NCBI RefSeq assembly: GCF_006345805.1
Contig: NC_043000.1
Location: 4,216,001 to 4,280,000 of the forward strand
Direction of reading: 5' to 3'
DNA length: 64,000 bases
From: Octopus sinensis
Taxonomy: Eukaryota
Part shown: positions 61,059-64,000 of the stretch, one piece after another
How positions within the stretch are numbered: position 1 is the stretch's first letter
Layout of the letters: each line of letters starts with the position of its first letter
The notes under the pieces: model-generated
Databases searched by the model: none
Seen by the model: the letters and a program-made list of their open reading frames with translations, nothing else
What the model was told of the DNA's origin: nothing
Translations under genes and position numbers: made by a program

Positions 61059-61965
61059 GTATCAAGCTGAGTGAAAAGTAAGCAATGTTTTGAAAAAATG
61101 AAATTCATCACAATATATTTCAACAATGCGGGAATTTTATTCATCAAAGTACCATTACAATCAACACATTTTTGCCAATGAGTTACAAGTTTGTTTAGTC
61201 CAATGAAATAAAAACCTGGAGTTCTGGAGCTGATGAACTCTTTGAATGCACTTTCAGCATTGGTTTGATTTTTTAACTCCTTCTCTTGCAGGAAACCATT
61301 ACGGTGCTTGAAAAAGTGGTAGCCAGTTGGAGAATGGTCTGGGAAATAAGCTGAGTGGGGAAGAATGTTGTAGCCAAGTTCCCTCAACTTCTGGAGTGTC
61401 ATTAATGAAATGTGTGGTCAAGCATTGTCATGAAGAATGATTGGCTCTCTTCTGTTGTCCAGTCTGGGACAAAGGAGTAGTAGTTTGTCATTCATTTTGG
61501 CAATTTCTTGGCAATATGTTTCTGCAGTAATGATTCTTCCAGGTTTTAAGAAGTTATAGTGGATAAGTCCAGTAGTCACCATAACCTTTTTGAAGAACTT
61601 ATGTTCAGGGAAGGTTTACGGTGCTTCATTTTGGTTCAACCACTGCAAAGAACATTTTTACTATTGTACAGAATCCACTTTTCTTCGCAAGTTACAATAC
61701 GGTTGAGAAATGGATCAGTCTGGTTACGGAGAAGAAATGACAACCAAATTTTTTATCTGCGCATTTTCTGATTTTCATTCAAATCGTGTGGTATCCATTT
61801 GTCACGATTTTTTGATTTTCCAATCGCATGCAAATGGTTGCAGGCAGTTTTCTGGCTAACTTGAAGCTCTTTTGCCAGTTCTCGAGTTGTTTAATGTAGA
61901 TCTTTCCCAATGACGGACTTTAATAGACTTTAATTGATTTCTCTTTCTCTCAAATAGCTCTACCC
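61059..61965 (-). mobile_element. Mariner (cecropia/Hsmar1-like) transposase pseudogene with one terminus
   Basis: PFLNRIVTCEEKWILYN, LHDNA, LPHSAYFPDHSPTGYHFFKH...WQKCVDCNG; multiple stops. Confidence 0.88.
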
Positions 61966-63041
61966 TCCTGATCTTAGTATGTATAAAGAGCTTTATATAA
62001 ATAACATTTCTAAATAAGTACCAATTAGAAAATATAAATATCATGTAAGGTATAATAATAACAATTTCTTAAACCTATAATAAAACCCTTAATTTTATAA
62101 AAAGATTTGTTGGTAATAAAATTTTTGTTCCAGGAGGCGGTCAAAAAAGCCAGCTTCTATATATAGCTGAAGCAAGAAGATCAAAAATGGTTTGAAAGTC
62201 ATAACATGCCGGCAAAAAATAACAGCTCTAGGTGAGACAAGCTGACACTGAATAAGCTTCTCTGATTGACAGGCGATGGTCTCGTTTAGAGAATGTGTAG
62301 ACTAAGACTATGTGCCTTCATTGGTCAGTTAAAGTTGAGACAGTGTCGCGTGACAACTTGCTGGGGCTGCCTACTAGAGCCTAGCAGCAGGTATTTAAAG
62401 GGAAAAAATTTGACAAGACAGTCAGTCGCCTGCTGACACTCGTTGACGCTACATCGAAGAGGCCAGGGAACAGAAGAAAGAAGAAGAAAGAAGACATGCA
62501 CTCAACACCAGAGCTGAAGACACCTCCGAAAGGGGGGGGGAGCCCACCACGTCAAAACGGTTGAGGAGTAGGGACCGAAACCGGACGTGGTTCCTCCTGA
62601 TGATGTCTTGAGCTAACTGAATCCTATAAAAGAGCTGTAGTAGTAGCAGAACACAAAACACGGTTGAAATTCCTCCACTTAATTATTTCTTTAGCTGACA
62701 TTAAACACCAGTCTTTCATAGATATTATCATGACAAGTAAATATAATTTTTAGTCTAATATTTTGAATTATTAAATTTTTTCTAAAAATATCTTAGCTAT
62801 TGATGTTAATAAGCTAAATATACCTTACCATAGTTTTGGTATATAAATAATTTTACCCCTTTTCTATAATGTTCTACAAATGATTATTTATTTTATTTTA
62901 TTTTTAAAACTAGCTCTTATTTATTTATTTACAAAATTACTCTAAGTCTTATATCTCTATAAATTTCATACTCAGCTTATATGAAAACTATGCTGGTACA
63001 TTCACTATTTAAAATAAAAGAAATATGCTTAAACTAGAATT

Positions 63042-63385
63042 GTTAGTTAGTTAGTTAGTTATTAGTTAATTTTTTGGCTCAAAAAGCAAAAAGCAAGGCC
63101 ATGTAGAGGGACATGGAGTTATGTACAGGGTGGTGTTCATATAAAGAGTTCAGGCCACTTGTGGTCAAGGGAGACTTTGAACTGAGCGGTCGTCAGCATC
63201 TTCACCATCTCGTCCAGCAGCTTATTCCACGGATCCACAACCCAGACGGAGAAAGCCCCTCTCCTTTGATTGAGATGAAATCGTCACAGATAGAGCTTTT
63301 CGGAATGACCCCGCAGCCGACGCTCTGGAGCAGGAGTGAAGAACAGCTCTTTCAAGAGGTTACACTTTCCGCTTATGATGTTAAT
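63042..63385 (-). mobile_element. CR1-clade LINE 3' end with a (TAAC)n tail
   Basis: LRGHSEKLYL*RFHLNQRRGAFSVWVVDPWNKLLDEMV matches the CR1 RGH..KL...R..FS.RVV..WN motif. Confidence 0.85.
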
Positions 63386-63817
63386 ATTTAATATATAATT
63401 TTCAACATATTCTTTTAACTTAATTTTCCTTTATTAATACCAGTACATACCATTTAATCAATAGTTACAAATATATGTTTAGTTAGTATTTAAATATATA
63501 AATATTGAACTATCTCTATATTTTCTGTCCCTCTATTGTGTAAAATTTTGATATATACTGAAAGTATTCATAAATATTCTTCTTAGTATTCTTTAGATTA
63601 ACTCTAAAATTTATCTGTGTATATAGAAATAACATTGTTTTATAGTAGGTAAATGTACTACTATATGATAAGACTTCCTCTGTCCCATAAGCATTGGTCT
63701 ACTCAATAGCAGACAACATCTTGTTTGAAGTATCTTCTTACTCAACCAAATGGCTTTGCTTCAAAGAAATCTTGATTTATGACTATGCCACTTAAATTGT
63801 CTATCTACTTTGCCCTA

Positions 63818-64000
63818 TAGGCGCAGGAGTGGCTTCCTTGCCAACCACATGGTTCTGGGTTCAGTCCCACTGCATGGCACTTTGGGCAAGTGTCTTCTAC
63901 TATAGCTTCGGGCCGACCAAAGCCTTGTGACTGGATTTGGTAGACGGAAACTAAAAGAGGCCCATCATATATATATGTGTGTGTGTGTGTGGTGTGTGTG
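63818..64000 (+). mobile_element. SINE family A 5' half (runs off the window)
   Basis: aggcgcaggagtggc...ggatttggtagacggaaac. Confidence 0.85.

Noticed and set aside
61049-61402. SETMAR host gene
   Set aside because: Only a stop-ridden mariner transposase with altered catalytic residues is present; there is no SET domain.

Overview
Eukaryotic, AT-rich, repeat-saturated non-coding DNA, most likely an Octopus (coleoid cephalopod) intron or intergenic segment. The taxon is inferred from SINE/LINE families I recognise from memory, not from a search. No host protein-coding gene can be supported: nearly all listed ORFs are microsatellite read-throughs or recurrent SINE/LINE-tail frames. The window contains (i) three tRNA-derived SINE families (family A with an internal TA/TG microsatellite, a Meta-domain-like family, a CORE-like family); (ii) about 20 5'-truncated RTE LINE 3' tails; (iii) several R4/Dong-clade restriction-like-endonuclease LINE remnants, one with an uninterrupted CCHC + RLE frame (10709-11517), lying in (TAA)n arrays that are SINE tails; (iv) CR1 fragments; (v) Tc1/mariner (one DD37D), hAT, Helitron and Helentron-like remnants; and (vi) long simple repeats. 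The least expected signal is about a dozen type I hammerhead-ribozyme motifs (intact to degenerate) from several unrelated short repeat families, plus fold-back palindromes embedded in (TA)n. Together these resemble Penelope-like-element termini or non-autonomous derivatives, and several independent families carry a U4C core variant. All alignments and folds were done by eye, so repeat boundaries are approximate (about +/-10-20 bp).
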